Notes: generated by a model from the letters alone, not told the origin. 64,000 nucleotides of DNA from Octopus vulgaris (GCA_951406725.2 OX597817.1:88784001-88848000); one strand, 5' to 3'. Counted from the stretch's first letter, positions 25,763 through 39,810 are shown. Made by a program: numbers and translations.

Positions 25763-25958
25763 ACCTCCCACATTTTAAACTTTCACCTATGTGTTGCTAA
25801 TGAACTTATGCAAGTGCCAATGATATTTTCATTTAGCTAATGAACAAAAACTATAACCTTTTGTTTAAACAACAGTAAAATTAATTTTTCATAAATGTTG
25901 TTTCTTTTTCCTTTTGTCAACCTTTCAAATGTGGGAGGTATTTCTGCCGCACCCTGTA
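25763..25958. mobile_element. Tc1/mariner-type MITE, one end truncated by the adjacent Tc1
   Basis: acctcccacatttt (25763) is inverted relative to aaatgtgggaggtatttctgccgcaccctgTA. Confidence 0.6.
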
Positions 25959-26399
25959 AATATGTGTATGTGTGTGTATGTGAGTGATACGTGTGTGTGT
26001 GTGTATGCGTGTGTGTGTTTGTGTATGTATGTGTGTGTGCGTGCGTGCGTGTGTGTGTGTGTGTATGTTTGCAGTGGTGATGTTTGTTTACATCTCCCAT
26101 AAAGTTATATTTTCAGTCTAATGGCTTCCTGCAGACAGGCGCGCGCACGCACACATTCATATACAGATGCTCTGTCCGACCATTGCCTGACTGCAACTAT
26201 ACAACGCACATCTGCCTACCACCTTCTAGTCAGGCCAGCGACTGGACGAAGCTCCGTCAAATATATGCCAACTACCCCTGGCAGCAAAGTGGTTCCCTTC
26301 TGACGCATTAGTAACTGCCTAGCAGGTAACTTCCTTTTAGGCATTTCTCTCTTCATTTCGCACACAAAAAATCCAGGTCAACAAGTCATTCACTCATAG

Positions 26400-27360
26400 T
26401 TGCGTTAGAGCTATTCAGGCAATAAAAACCAAAAAGCAAAAAAAAAAAAAAAGAAAAGAAAAAAAACCACACACAAAAACAAAACAAAAACCAAGCAACA
26501 AGCAAACATATAGAAGCTCACAATGTCTGTTGAAACTCACCCCTACCCAAATTAGGTGGCGTTTACCCAGCAACGCAACATCTTGAAGTCTAATAATCCT
26601 TATCGCAAAAGATAGTTTCAGGCAACGTAGAGCTCTCAGACTATCTCATTTTCCAAACTGCAGCCATTCCTTTTGGTCTCTTGCCAGAAAGATTTCCTCC
26701 AACGTTGCAGAATCCTCTTTCCATTCAATTCACAGCAACATTAGTTCTGTGAACAGTTCCCCTCTGGAGAAAGTATCTCCCTTCACTGCCACTTTGTGCA
26801 GATACCAGGCAGATCTCCAATTCTATCGTCTCCCATCCTCATACTCTTAGCCACCCAAGTTACATGTTCATAATTTTATCCTCCTTCACTGCCTTACATA
26901 CTCACAAGTGAAGTGCAAATTACTTTTAGTTATTTAAACAAACAAACAAAAAAACTGGTCTCAATAATATCCCTTCAGTACATTCAAATATTGCTCTCCA
27001 TGGCCAGCCATGATACTCACCTGACTCTTTAATCCTTTCTCTCATAACAGAAATCTATTTTGATCTTTGGGAACATGCTACAGTGTCTCACCCTCCAAAT
27101 GGCAACTTCTCTGACTCTGCCAACTACCACCCTCTTGCACACATTTCTAATATTTGTAATGTAATACAGGCAACGATGTCCTCTAACGCCTTGAATCTTA
27201 CTCTCCTTAATGACAAGTAGTACCATTTTCATAAAACTAGATCTACAGGTGACTTTTCTTTACCACCCATCAGAGTAATCTAGTGAAAGCAATGTTGCTG
27301 CCTTCAAAATCAACACAGGTTTCAAGCGTTCCTGTGTTGGGCATACAACATTTTTACTAT
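26400..27360 (+). mobile_element. Highly decayed LINE (APE-RT) fragment
   Basis: Residual SFWSLARKISSN and WEHATV...SANYHP motifs resemble LINE ORF2; no open frame. Confidence 0.45.
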
Positions 27361-27500
27361 AACTAGAAAAAAGCCACCAATCGGATAGCAATAAAGTTAT
27401 TCACCGATACACACCCGCCTTTGTCCTACAGGCATACTGTCTCTTCGCTCTGTAACTTTTCTGCTATTACTATAATGGCCACTGCTCCTAAAATTTGCAA

Positions 27501-27562
<62 letters not shown>

Positions 27563-27769
27563 GTAAAAAATAAATACAGACATGGACAAGAACATGAAAC
27601 ACCAAAGAGACGACACAAGAACCACAGGACGGGACATTCGAAGCCCTCAGTCATATATATATAAACAATTGCAGCGTAGAAGGTGTTTATGAGCCATTTA
27701 AGAAACGCAAAGAAACCGTTAGATTCACTTCAACATTTAAATTTAATTTGCCAAAATATTTGCCGGAAT

Positions 27770-28031
27770 AATCGTAATTATAGACTCGGATGACAGCTGT
27801 ACTCCTCCTAGTCGTGACAGCAGTTGTTGGACATGAACCCAAATTCCGAAATTGCACAATTGCGTGCAGAGCAGTTTCTATATCCTGCCCGCATCTTGGA
27901 GTGGATGAAGAACCATGCCTGTAGAGTTTATCCCAAACAGGTAAGGCTCTTCAGTAACGTTGTACCGGAGAACATTCGGGCCAGGGCCTATGGATAATTT
28001 TCAGGAGTACTGTACATATATTTCATTACCG
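27770..28031 (+). mobile_element. Old Tx1-family fragment followed by (TCTA)n
   Basis: TFGPGPMDNFQ is identical to the motif in Tx1 ORF2 at about 35680-35712. Confidence 0.7.
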
Positions 28032-28100
<69 letters not shown>

Positions 28101-28116
28101 CTATCTATCTATCTAT

Positions 28117-28168
<52 letters not shown>

Positions 28169-28235
28169 ATTAGCGCACCTGTGCGTGTATGTGTGTGTAT
28201 TAATCCATAGATACAGCTAAATAAAGTAACTGCAA

Positions 28236-28438
28236 TATTGGTTTCAAATTTTGGCACAAAGCCAGCATTTGTGGGGGAGGGGTGCAAGTTGATTACATCG
28301 ACCCCATTGCTAAACTGGTACTTATTTTATCGATCTCAAAAGGACTCCGATGGAATTCGATGTAAGAATGTAAAGACGGGCGAAATACCGCTTAGCATTT
28401 TTTTCGGCTCACTAACGATTCTGCCAACTCACCGCCCT
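28236..28438 (-). mobile_element. SINE family B
   Basis: Homologous to 14781-15016. Confidence 0.75.
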
Positions 28439-28740
28439 AAAAAAAAAAAAAGCAATAACTACAATATTCCGTCTGCGGGACTGTGACGCATCGTGTTTCT
28501 GTCAGTTAAGATCACAGAAGCGTGTGGTGATTTATCGGTTTCGTCAGCGGATACAAAGGATTACTCGTATAAGATGTGTAGGCTTATAATCACAACATAG
28601 ATAAATCTTCGGTCCCTGCGAGTTTTTCCAACCGTTGTCGAACACTTTAAGTCATATTCAAATCGCTGCAAGCTTTATCTGTTTGAAACACGATGTTTCC
28701 AAACAATGGGTAATATTTTTATTATAGTAACTCGATTAGA

Positions 28741-28925
28741 AGGCAGCGAGCTGGCAAAATCGTTAACACGTCGGGTAAAATGATTAGCGACATTTCTTCG
28801 ATATTACGTTCCAACTTCAAGTTCCGCCGAGCTCGGCTTTGCCTTTTAACTGTTCGGGTTCGATAACATAAGTACCAGTTGAACAATGGGTTCGATATAA
28901 TCGACTAAGCCTCCTCCGCAAAATT
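28741..28925 (+). mobile_element. SINE family B
   Basis: Starts aggcagcgagctggcaaaatcgttaac; core gtcgataacataagtaccag-like. Confidence 0.8.
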
Positions 28926-29055
28926 TCGGGCTGAAATATGTACCGCGACGTCACTTTCGCATTTCTCTTCATTGTAGCAGAATTTATAAAGTAGTACTTT
29001 TGTTATTGTTTTAAATTATTGTTCTCTCCTTGTTTAATCGCCTTGTACAAAGAAA

Positions 29056-29272
29056 TATTAGTTTCAAATTTTGGCACAAGGACAGCAATTTCGGGGGAGG
29101 GGGTTAAGTCGATTACATCGATCCCAGTGCTCAACTGGTATTTATTTTATCGGCCCCAAGAGGATGAAAAGCAAAGCCGACCTTGGTGAATTTGAACTCA
29201 GAATGTAAAGGTGTACGAAATGCCGCAGATCATTTTGCACGGCGTGCTTAGCGATTCTACCAACTTGCCGCT
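29056..29272 (-). mobile_element. SINE family B
   Basis: Homologous to 14781-15016. Confidence 0.8.
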
Positions 29273-29788
29273 TTAGATGGTGTTAGAATCAGAGTTGTGG
29301 AGTCATCTAAAAGTTGACTCCTTCAGAAGGCAGTAATATCATTTGATAGGAACACGATACGAAGAACTGCATAGAACAAGGCTGTAACTTTAAATACAAT
29401 CTATCGTGAGCTTGTTTAAACCCGCTGTCAAGGGAAGTAACTGCGCCTACGCCGCCTTTGCACAAAGAATAGTTATTGCTAAAAGAAACTATTAGGTCTG
29501 AAAGTATCAACGCACGTAACTTTCGGCTCTTGAGTTACTTCTGCGAAACAAATTATTGATTTGGGATCCTATCTGTTAAAAAAGAAAACCATAGATATAT
29601 ATGTGTATTTCAAATAAATAAAGTGCAATACTGATTTAACATTTCAGTTGTGTTTACTTCTATTTGTTCTTTATCATTTTTCCCAATAATTCAATTTTAT
29701 TTTCTCCACCAACCTCGTCCATCAGCATTTTCAATTCTGTATTTTAATCGGCCTAACCCTGTTCACATGAAGAGATAATCACACGACT

Positions 29789-29789
<1 letters not shown>

Positions 29790-29885
<96 letters not shown>

Positions 29886-29925
29886 GATCTATCTATCTCA
29901 TTCTATCTATTTGTCTGTCAGTCAG

Positions 29926-29974
<49 letters not shown>

Positions 29975-29976
29975 GA

Positions 29977-30010
<34 letters not shown>

Positions 30011-30049
30011 GTCTGTCTGTCTGTCTCTCTATCTATCTATCTATCTATC
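29790..30049. repeat. (TCTA)n/(TCTG)n microsatellite, left flank of Tx1
   Basis: Visible directly. Confidence 0.95.
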
Positions 30050-30052
30050 ATG

Positions 30053-30314
30053 ATGTATGGTGTAAAGGGGAAAGCAAGTAAGGTTTATCCGTGGGAAGAA
30101 AAGCCTACGAAAAAGACCACGGTAACCTTGGTCAATATTGTTATATGTTACCACATTTGTTTGCAAGTGGGTAACCCTCTGTTTTCAGTTTCTGGGTTCA
30201 TAGGATTATGCTCAAGGTGGCTTCGTCATTCATACGTGCCATCCTTGCTACATTCACCCATCTTTTTTTAAAACGTTCGCTAGACAAAACTTGCCTCTCT
30301 ACTCTCACTTTCCT
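30053..30314 (-). mobile_element. Antisense fragment of a Tx1 ORF2 end + 3' UTR
   Basis: Reverse complement aligns to 36102-36355 (aggaaagtgagagtagagaggcaag...cccctttacac) with scattered substitutions. Confidence 0.9.
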
Positions 30315-30533
30315 ATCTGGACAGACAGACGCAAGTCAAATGGGCTCCAAGTAAGTTGGTCATTTTGTACGTTCAAAAGTATTTATTGTCAAATATTTTG
30401 TGTTTAAAAGTTGTGCAACAACATCCACTGCAAACCTTGACTAATATCTACACAAAATTTCGCCCTTTGTGGGCAAAATTTAAAAAATTCTCGTAGGCCT
30501 CGTCTTGTATTTTAGCCATTTTTACTTTCAAAA

Positions 30534-32937
30534 ATGGCGACTGGTCACCACGAGGCTGAGGCGCAACTGAAGCGTGACGCCAAAACAAAACAGCAGGATT
30601 CCCTATCACCTAGCGCTGAACTTGAGTGTGTGAACACTACTTACACCACCACCACCACCACCACCACCATCAGCATCGAAAACAGCAACAACTACAAAAC
30701 AAAGGTCGTAAGGCCAAGCACCGTCACTGCCACCAATGATTCCACCATCAACACCGACACCACCACCATGGCAGCTTCTGCTACTACAACTGCTAACAAC
30801 ACCACTACCTATTTCTTTACTACCCACAAGGGGCTAAACACAGAGAGGACAAACAAGGACAGACAAACGGATTAAGTCGATTACATCGACCTCAATGCGT
30901 AACTGGTACTTAATTTATCGACCCCGAAAGGATGAAAGGCAAAGTCGATCTCGGCGGAATTTGAACCCAGAACGTAAAGACAGACGAAATACCGCTAAGC
31001 ATTTCGCCCGGCGTGCTAACGATTCTACCGGCTCAACAACAATAACAATACCAAGATTCCCAGACCAATCACCATCACCGCCACCAAAGACCGTGCCGTC
31101 AACACTAATGCCGCCACTACAATATCTGCTACTACGACTGCCTCCCTTGCTACTAATACCACCGCCGCCATCAAGAACGACAATAACAACAACAACAATT
31201 CCCTTCAGCCATTGTTCCCTCCATCACCAACAAGTGAAGGAGAGAAAGAAATAACCGCGACCATCAAACCAGTTGCCGAAATTTGCGCTAACGCAGGGGC
31301 AAATTATGCAGACAATTTTCCACCCCTTGCTAGTGGCATAATCAGCAACCACAAACCTAATATATCCACAACCCACACCTCTGCCATCAACACCAACACC
31401 ACCAGCAGTAACAACAATAACAAAACAACAACAAACTTCGCCGAGGCGATAAAAGAAAAAAAAAAACAATAGTATCGTTTACTGCACAGCAGATAAAAGA
31501 CTTCTGAGCCCTAATCACCAAAGAAAACGGCAAAGTACAATTACACATACCACAACACATACTGAATGAGGAAAAAAAGAAAACGATTATTTATAAAATA
31601 ACAAACAACACAACTAAAAGTCCAGAAAAAGCAAACACGGACAAAATAGAAAAATGCCTACGCCCCATCTGGGGATACGAGGAGTATGTAACTTGGTCGA
31701 ACAAGTTTGCCCACGTACAGGTGGTTTTTCAGAATGAAGAGTTGGCAAAGCAATTCTCAGCGCTAACTCTTCATTCAGATGAGCTAACAATGACACCCAA
31801 TTACCTTGGCCAGAGGGTAACAAAGGTCATTATCAATAATGTCCCGCAAATAACAAACACACTATGGATAACATCCGCCATATGCGTCGAAATGGAGGAC
31901 ATAAACATCCTGGAAATCGCTGTTTCGAAACACAAGGACTGGGTGGGAAAGAGACTGGAGATTCTCCTCCACATAAGCCAAGACGACATTAACAAAATTC
32001 CCACCCACGTACATCTTGCGGATGACCGCAAGTTGTATGTAGTAGTCGAGGGCAGAAGGCCACGCTGCTATACATGCGGCAGTGAAACACACCTCAAAAA
32101 GGAGTGCAAATCTGCTGCGAAACAACGACAACAACAACAACAGCCGCAGGAAAAACCACAAAAGCCAGCATTAGTGCCCACACCACAGTATCGACGGCTA
32201 ATCAAGAAGCTATATGCAGAAATGCATGAAGAGCAACAAAGAACGGACCAACCCAACCAAACAACACCACCACCTGCGCCAAGAACAGAATCATCACCAC
32301 CAACAACAACTAAACCAATTCCAACACCGAGAACAACAACGAAGAAGACAAGCACCAAGGATGTAGGAGAGACAATTACCACACCAAACCCCCTAGCAAC
32401 CCCCCCCCGCACACCACAACAATATCTACAACCGCACAAACAGACCCAGATGCTTTGCCCTTACCCCCTTCTGATTCGTCAGACTTTTCATCTAACGATG
32501 AAAGTTCGACAGAATGGCAAATAGCCACCGGGGGTAAAAGAAAAAGATAAAAAACAAACAAACAAGAAAACGCAACCAAAGCAGGGAGATACCTGAACCC
32601 TGAAAGCTCCATACACAACCAAACAAGCACCAACACCACAAAAACACACACAATGCTATCAGCGATAGACACCAAAGACTCCAAACTAATGGAGTACATC
32701 ACAGCCCACACAAACATCTGTCAAGATGACTTCAAAACTAACAACCACCCACGCACTACACCACCCAAACACATCAAAATACTACACATCACACAAACAC
32801 AACACCACACACTCAAAGCCCTCTTTCCAAATGCGGTTGGGGGGTTCCAAAAATATCTTTCGAAAAAATTCTATAAAAACCTCCTCCAAGACACATCAAA
32901 GGACGCGGAAGCCAAGACTTTCGACACAAGTAAGTAA
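30534..32937 (+). pseudogene. Tx1 ORF1 (gag-like, CCHC knuckle), interrupted by a SINE and frameshifts
   Basis: ATG 30534; VEGRRPRCYTCGSETHLKKEC; T/P/Q-rich linkers. Confidence 0.75.
30811..31034 (-). mobile_element. SINE family B inserted in Tx1 ORF1
   Basis: Near-identical to 44199-44428. Confidence 0.9.
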
Positions 32938-32987
32938 TTCTCTGTACCTTCCTTTTTGTGTTTTAAAGCACACACCCCAATAGAATC

Positions 32988-35900
32988 ATGGTCAAGATTG
33001 GTTGTGTGAATGCACGTGGCTTGGGGTCTCCTTGGAAACAAGGATACCTCCTAAATGACATCAGGTCACACGATATGGGAATCAGCCATAAGTGAGACCA
33101 GACTCCACGATCCACGGGCCCTAAAGTCCATGTTTGGCGGACAGTTTAACATTTATTTTGCTCCCTGTCTGCCGAGGATGGGCGGTAGTGGCACCGCGGT
33201 ACTTTTTCCCATGAGCCTGGATCTCGAAGTCAAGACGATATTCGTAGACCCGGAGGGTAGACTGGTCGTTCTGGATGTCGACGGCAGCAATAGGTGCTCT
33301 TTTCGACTCGTATCAGTCTACGCACCGCCTTTAACAGGTCGACCGGATTTCTTTCGACGTCTAGAAGTATTCCTGGGAACGTCTCGTCCTTTACTTTTAG
33401 TGGGGGATTGGAATGCTACCTTGGACACGCATCTAGACTATGTGGAGAGAGACAAAAACAGAAGGGGATGCAAATGCCTCAGAGACCTGCTCAGACGATT
33501 CCAACTGTCTGACAGGTACCGACTCGACCACCCAAATGCACCAACGTGGACATGGAGCAACCGCAGTGGGTCGTCGAGATCGTATCTAGATAGGATACTG
33601 TGTAGGACAGTAGACAGGGATAACTTCGGATGTCCACAATTCCTCAGTCAGCTACACGGATTACAAATTCGTGACGTGTACGCTAGATTTAGATAAGGCA
33701 CATAGACAGGGTCCTGGTTACTGGAAACTGAACGCATCTTTCCCGTCCAGACAGGTTTTCAGAGACAGAATCAACTCGTTAGTAAAAAGGGCTTTAACGG
33801 GAGCCATTGTCAACAACAAATGGTGTTTCGCCCTCAAGAGAGCAGTAAAAGCGGAAGCAATTAGATATAGCAAGGCACTTGCCGTAGATAGAAATAGAGT
33901 GGAGGGTGAGTTAGTTAAGAAGTTAGAAGAAGCAATAAGAAGCGGCATCACATCCGACGTTTTAGCGGCGAGGTTGGCCCTTGACCAACACTTCAACGCC
34001 AGACACGAAGGGTGTGCTGTCAGGGCTAGGATGCGTGCTCTAAGGATGGAAGGTGTTGGAGCCACGAGAGAGGCTCGGGTGGCGGAGGCGCAGCATGGCA
34101 AAAAAGCCACCATTCGGTCTCTGGTAGATGGACAAGGGCGCGAATTGCTCGAGCCCAGCAAGATGTGCGAGACATTTCAGCGGCACTTTGCCCGACTGTA
34201 CGGGACGAGTGGCGAGCGTGAACGCAGGGTGGACTTCAGTGCCTACCTGCACAGCCTACCACGACTCTCGGCAAGAGAGGCAGAGTGTTGCGAAGGTGCC
34301 ATCACGGCGGCGGATGTGCGGGACGCGATGGCAGAATGCTCAAGAGACAAATCGCCGGGTTTGGATGGTCTGCCCTACGAGTTTTACAATTGTATGCCAG
34401 ACTTGTTTGGAGACGTCTTGGCAGCGGTATACTGCAACTGGCAGCAAAACGGGAGCATATCCGGTTTTGTGAGTCGAGGAGCCGTAACGCTGCTGAAGAA
34501 AGATCCAAACAAGGGGAACATTATAGATAACTTTAGACCAATCACTCTGCTCAATGCAGACCTGAAAATTTTGACCTGAAAATTTTGACCAAGGTGTTAG
34601 CCAAGAGGTTGGTGCTTGTCATCGAGAAACTGGTCGACAAGGCACAAACGTGCACCGTTCCGGGCCGGAGCATCCATGACAACCTCCATCTGATGCGCTA
34701 CATCATAGACAGAGTAGTTAAGGAACCTGGCATGGGTGGGGCCCTGATCAACTTGGATCAATCGAAAGCCTTCGATAGGGTAGACCATCGTTACTTGGAG
34801 GTAGTCCTGAGAGCGGCTGGTTTGGGATGCGGGACAAGCGTGTCTGCATACGCGGACGACGTCACCGTCATAGTGTCAAGCCACGAGCACATCGAGCTGG
34901 TCGGTGAGACACTGAAAGACTACGAAGCGGTGACAGGAGCAAAAATCAACCGGGAAAAGTCAGTGGGCTTGCGGCTGGGCACCTGGAGAAGCAAGCCCAT
35001 GCCGTCCACCAGTACCTCCGTTGTGGGACGCTGGACGGACGGCCCGGTTGAGTTGCTCGGGGTCTGGTTCGGTCCGGACCTCCAAATGGAGAAAAACTGG
35101 AACGAGATAACGAGTAGGGTGGTCACTCTCGCCCGGCAATGGGCCGAGAGGAAACTGTCCCTAAAAGGTCGGGCGGAGGTGGCGAACACGTACATCACGT
35201 CAGTCATCTACTACCGCCTGACCGTCGTACCTTGTCCCGACCCTACCATCACCAAACTAGAACGCATTCTCTTCCGCTTCTTGTGGAAAGGATGCGTCCC
35301 GATGGTCAGGCGATCCATTTGCTGTCAACACCCGTTAAAAGGAGGGCTGGGCATGCCGTCGTTGATGATGCGCAGACACGGGCTGAGACTGCGACATCTC
35401 CGGCTCTATGTAGACGACGGTGAACAGGTGTGGTCGCCGTTTGTGAGGCACGCTTTCCCGCAGCTCGTCTCCATGACCGAACTGCAGTCGTGGATCAAAA
35501 AGAGGCCGAGGAAGGCACCGCGAGTGTCGCGTTGCTCTCAAGCAACTATGCCGTCCCGGGTCGACCTTGAGTGACTTCAACACAACCAAAGCATTCTATA
35601 GGGGATTAGTGGAGGGGAGGTACGACGACGATCTTGGGGCAAACCTGGGCGTCGACGAGGACCCGCCTGTTTGAAACGACATTCGGGCCGGGACCTATGG
35701 ACAACTTCCAGAGATCCCTGGCCTGGCAGTGCTACCGAGAAGCGCTACCCGTTCGGGATAAGCTCTATAGGCATGGCTCGAGAAACACGGGGCCGACCTG
35801 CCCGAGATGCGGGCAGAGCTACGAAACCGTTCTGCACGCAATCGTGCAGTGTCCAACAATCTCCGACCTGTGGGCTTATGTCGAACGACTGCTGTCACGT

Positions 35901-36218
35901 GTGGTACGTGTCGGTTTATCAGCCGAGTCTATCGTTAATATCGTCACGCCTCCTTCCTTCAAACGGGAAGGAAGAGCTATTTTTATCATACTTGTGGCTA
36001 TGGCGAAAGAATGTATCTGGTGGACGCGCCTGAAAGGATTAGAGACAAACACTTTCCTCTCTGGTCAACCTCTCATCAACTTCTTTAAGTATCACTTGAA
36101 GAGGAAAGTGAGAGTAGAGAGGCAAGTGTTGTCTAGTGAATGTTTTAAAAAAAGATGGGTGAATGTAGCAAGGATGGCACGTGTGAATGACGAAGACACC
36201 TTGACTATGATCCTATGA
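32988..36218 (+). pseudogene. Tx1 ORF2 (APE, RT, C-terminal CCHC) with frameshifts, a 14-bp duplication and an internal RT deletion
   Basis: MVKIGCVNARGL, ISETR, GDWN, SYLDRI, GYWKLN, KSPGLDG, NFRPITLLN, LDQSKAFDRV, AYADD, CPRC...ETVLHAIVQC. gacctgaaaatttt is duplicated at about 34559-34586; the QG.PLSP motif is missing near 34822. Confidence 0.92.
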
Positions 36219-36566
36219 ACCGTAAAAATTAATGCAGAGAGTTGCTTATTTGTAAAAAAAATATAACATGTGACTTCATTGACCGAGGTTACCGTGGTCT
36301 TTTCCGTAGGCTTTTCTTTCCACGGGTAACCTCACCTGTGCTCCCCTTTACACTTTATATTGACATTTCTGTGATAACGATCCCTCCTTTCCCTCTCCCC
36401 TCTTTTAAAAAAATTTTATTCCCCCCCCCCTTTTTTTTGTCCTCTTTCTTTCCTTTTACGATCCCTTTTGATCGAAAACCAAACCCCCTTTTTTACCCCC
36501 CAAAGAAAAGCTCTACCTTGTAATTTGTCCTGTCTGTGTGCAGCCCTATGTGACTTATAAAGAAAC

Positions 36567-36567
36567 A

Positions 36568-36636
<69 letters not shown>

Positions 36637-36659
36637 GTCTGTCTGTCTGTATATCTATC

Positions 36660-36724
<65 letters not shown>

Positions 36725-36736
36725 GTCTATCTATCA

Positions 36737-36816
<80 letters not shown>

Positions 36817-36834
36817 GTCTATCTGCCTATCTGC

Positions 36835-36896
<62 letters not shown>
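36567..36896. repeat. (TCTA)n microsatellite, right flank of Tx1
   Basis: Visible directly. Confidence 0.95.
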
Positions 36897-36902
36897 GTTT
36901 GG

Positions 36903-36952
<50 letters not shown>

Positions 36953-37195
36953 GCGTGCCTGCTCTTGTGTTTGTATTGCGTGTATATGTGTAGTGTGAGT
37001 GTGTGTATGCGTGCATGTACGTATGTGTATGACAAGTATCCATTTTTCTGCTCAGTTCGAAAAGCTTTAACAGGTGAAACTTCGAAATCACTATCACTCT
37101 TGCAAAATATAGATTTCAGTCTACTTAACAAGGCGTTGAATATTTTATACAGTTAATATTTTACGCCTCTAAGATCAAGCAGCATGTACAAACAT

Positions 37196-37251
<56 letters not shown>

Positions 37252-37485
37252 ACACATACACATGCACACACACATACACACACACGCATTGATTTTATGC
37301 CACCAAATATTGTACACTTCCTTGCAATAGTCTGTATGCATCAGCACGAAACTTAGGCAGCTGTTCCGTATCCTAGGATGAGATTTTTGTATCTGGTGTC
37401 CGTGTGATTTCATATAAGCAATATTTTACAGACGATAAAACAAGTATCACTGCTCGTGAATTGAGGAAGTAACGGTACATAGTAT

Positions 37486-37526
37486 GGATGGTGATGACAA
37501 CGATGTTTATAATGATGATGATGGTT

Positions 37527-37589
<63 letters not shown>

Positions 37590-38545
37590 GTGATGATAGT
37601 TACGGTGATGGTGATAGTAATGATGATTGTGATGATAGTGATAGTGGTGACGATGGTGATTAGGTTTATGATAATAATGGTTTCAAATTTTAGTACAAGA
37701 CCATCAAGTTCGGAGTTCGGGGAAATGGAGTAAGTCGATTACACCAATCCCAGTGTGTCACTGATACTTAATTTATCGATCCTGAAGGGATGAAAGGCAA
37801 AGTCGACCTCGCTGGAATTTGAGCTCAAACGTGAAGACGGACGAAAAGCCGACAGGCATTTAGAACGGCATGCCAACAATTCTGCCAGCTCACAGCCTAG
37901 ATTTATGATAATGATAATAATAATAATAATAATGCGAGTAATGGCTGTGATCATCTTTACGCTGATGATGATGGTGATGGTTATCGTGGTGATGTTGATA
38001 ATGATGATGATGATGACGACGACGACGACGACGACGATGATGATGATGATGATGATGATGTTTGTAGTGGTGGTGGTGGTGGTGGTGGTGACAGGGATCA
38101 TTATGATACTCTTACATTACGGTCAGTCGTCACTTGCGAGCAAATACGGCTGAGAAATATTTACTGTGCTTTCCCTATGTGTTTCAAGTGTTTATGTAAC
38201 CGCAAACAAGACATAGTCACCCATTCGGCCACCCCCACCCCTCACAGCCCTGTAGAATGTCCAGGACGTGACAGCTTGAGGGAGGGAGGGCTGCACTAAC
38301 AACCTGTTGGTACTCATTACTGCCGAGTAACGAAGCGTCTTGCTAAAGGACAAAAAGCTCTGCCTAGTCTAGGAATGGAATCCACGACTCTATGATCTTG
38401 AACAGAACATCCTAACCACTAGGCCACGTGGCTTGATATGATGATGGTGATGCTGATCATTGTTATGGTTGTGGTGGAGGTGATGATGGTGGTGGTGATA
38501 GTGGCAGCGAGGATGTAGGAACAATGGTGATGATTGTTATGTCGG

Positions 38546-38584
<39 letters not shown>

Positions 38585-39810
38585 CAGTGATGATGGTGGA
38601 TGTGGTAGTGTTGATAGTGGTGAGGATGAGGATGATCATGGAGGTGATCCCAATGATAACATTGCTGAATCTATTATTTGTGGCCGATATCAAATGTTGT
38701 TTAGCATTTTCTTTGTTGCTGTTGTTCTTTGTTATTCTTGTTGTCTGTTGTTATTTGTTGTTTTTATACCTTTTAAGCAAGAAGAGTCAGTAAAAAAAAG
38801 AAAAAGAGAGTGAGAAAATGTAACAACACTAGACACCTCCCCGTCACCACCAACGTCACCGCCGTCGCCAACAACACCACCATTAATAACAACAACAACA
38901 ACCGCTACCATCACCTCAACCACCACGACTACTGTCACTGACTGCTTCCACCACCACCACCACAGCTGTCACCACCGTCACCATCGTAGCTACCATCGCC
39001 ATCACCGCCACCACCACCGCCGCTACCCCCACTTATCACCACTTCCGCTGCAATCACGTCACCACCGCTATCATTGCTATCATCATACATCCGGCCAGTG
39101 AGAACTCTAACGCCACAGCCAACAACAGCAACACGAAAACCGCCGCTTATAAACAACACATTCAGCCATAAACCGACAACAATTGCAACCTTTAGTGATC
39201 GGCATCAACACCAACGGAATCAACAACGTCAACATCGACTGCAGAAAATTTCCATAATTACATAAACAACAAAAATCATAGACAACAATATTGAGCAATT
39301 AACAAAATCTCCTCCTCCTCTGTTTCTCTGTCTTTCTGTCTCTGTCTCTGTCTGTCTCTCTCTCTCTCTCCATCTTCCTTCTCTTCCTCTCCTTCTTCTT
39401 ACTCCTTCATAATCGATAACAGCAGCAAACTCCCAATATTTTCCCGATCTGCTAAAATTTGCACATGATGATAATGATGATGATGATGGTGACGATGATG
39501 ATGGTGACGATGATGATGGTGACGATGATGATGGTGATGATGAGGAGAATGATCATCGTTATCGACAACAACAGCAACAACAACAACAATAGCCACATCA
39601 ACAACAACAGCAACATGAAAACCATCAGCAATCTCAGCAACAACAGCAAAAGCAACAATAATCACATCAGTACCGTAAAACAGCGACAACACCAACAGCA
39701 ACAAATGTCAACGAACAACAATAATTAACCATCAACAAAAATACCTAAAAAAAACAAAAACCCACATCATTAACGATAACAATGACAACAACAACAACAA
39801 CAACAACAAT
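37486..39810. repeat. Low-complexity trinucleotide region (GAT/GGT/CAA/CAC) with two SINEs (37676-37898 family B minus; 38290-38433 family A minus)
   Basis: Visible directly; SINEs assigned by homology to other copies in the window. Confidence 0.8.

Larger units (their letters stand above)
30319..36565 (+). mobile_element. Near full-length Tx1-clade (L1 group) non-LTR retrotransposon in (TCTA)n
   Basis: ORF1 with zinc knuckle, ORF2 APE-RT-CCHC, 3' UTR ending ataaagaaa then (TATC)n. Confidence 0.9.

Noticed and set aside
38420-39704. His-rich and Gly-rich reading frames
   Set aside because: Derived from CAT/GGT repeats, with stops nearby and no convincing start or domain.
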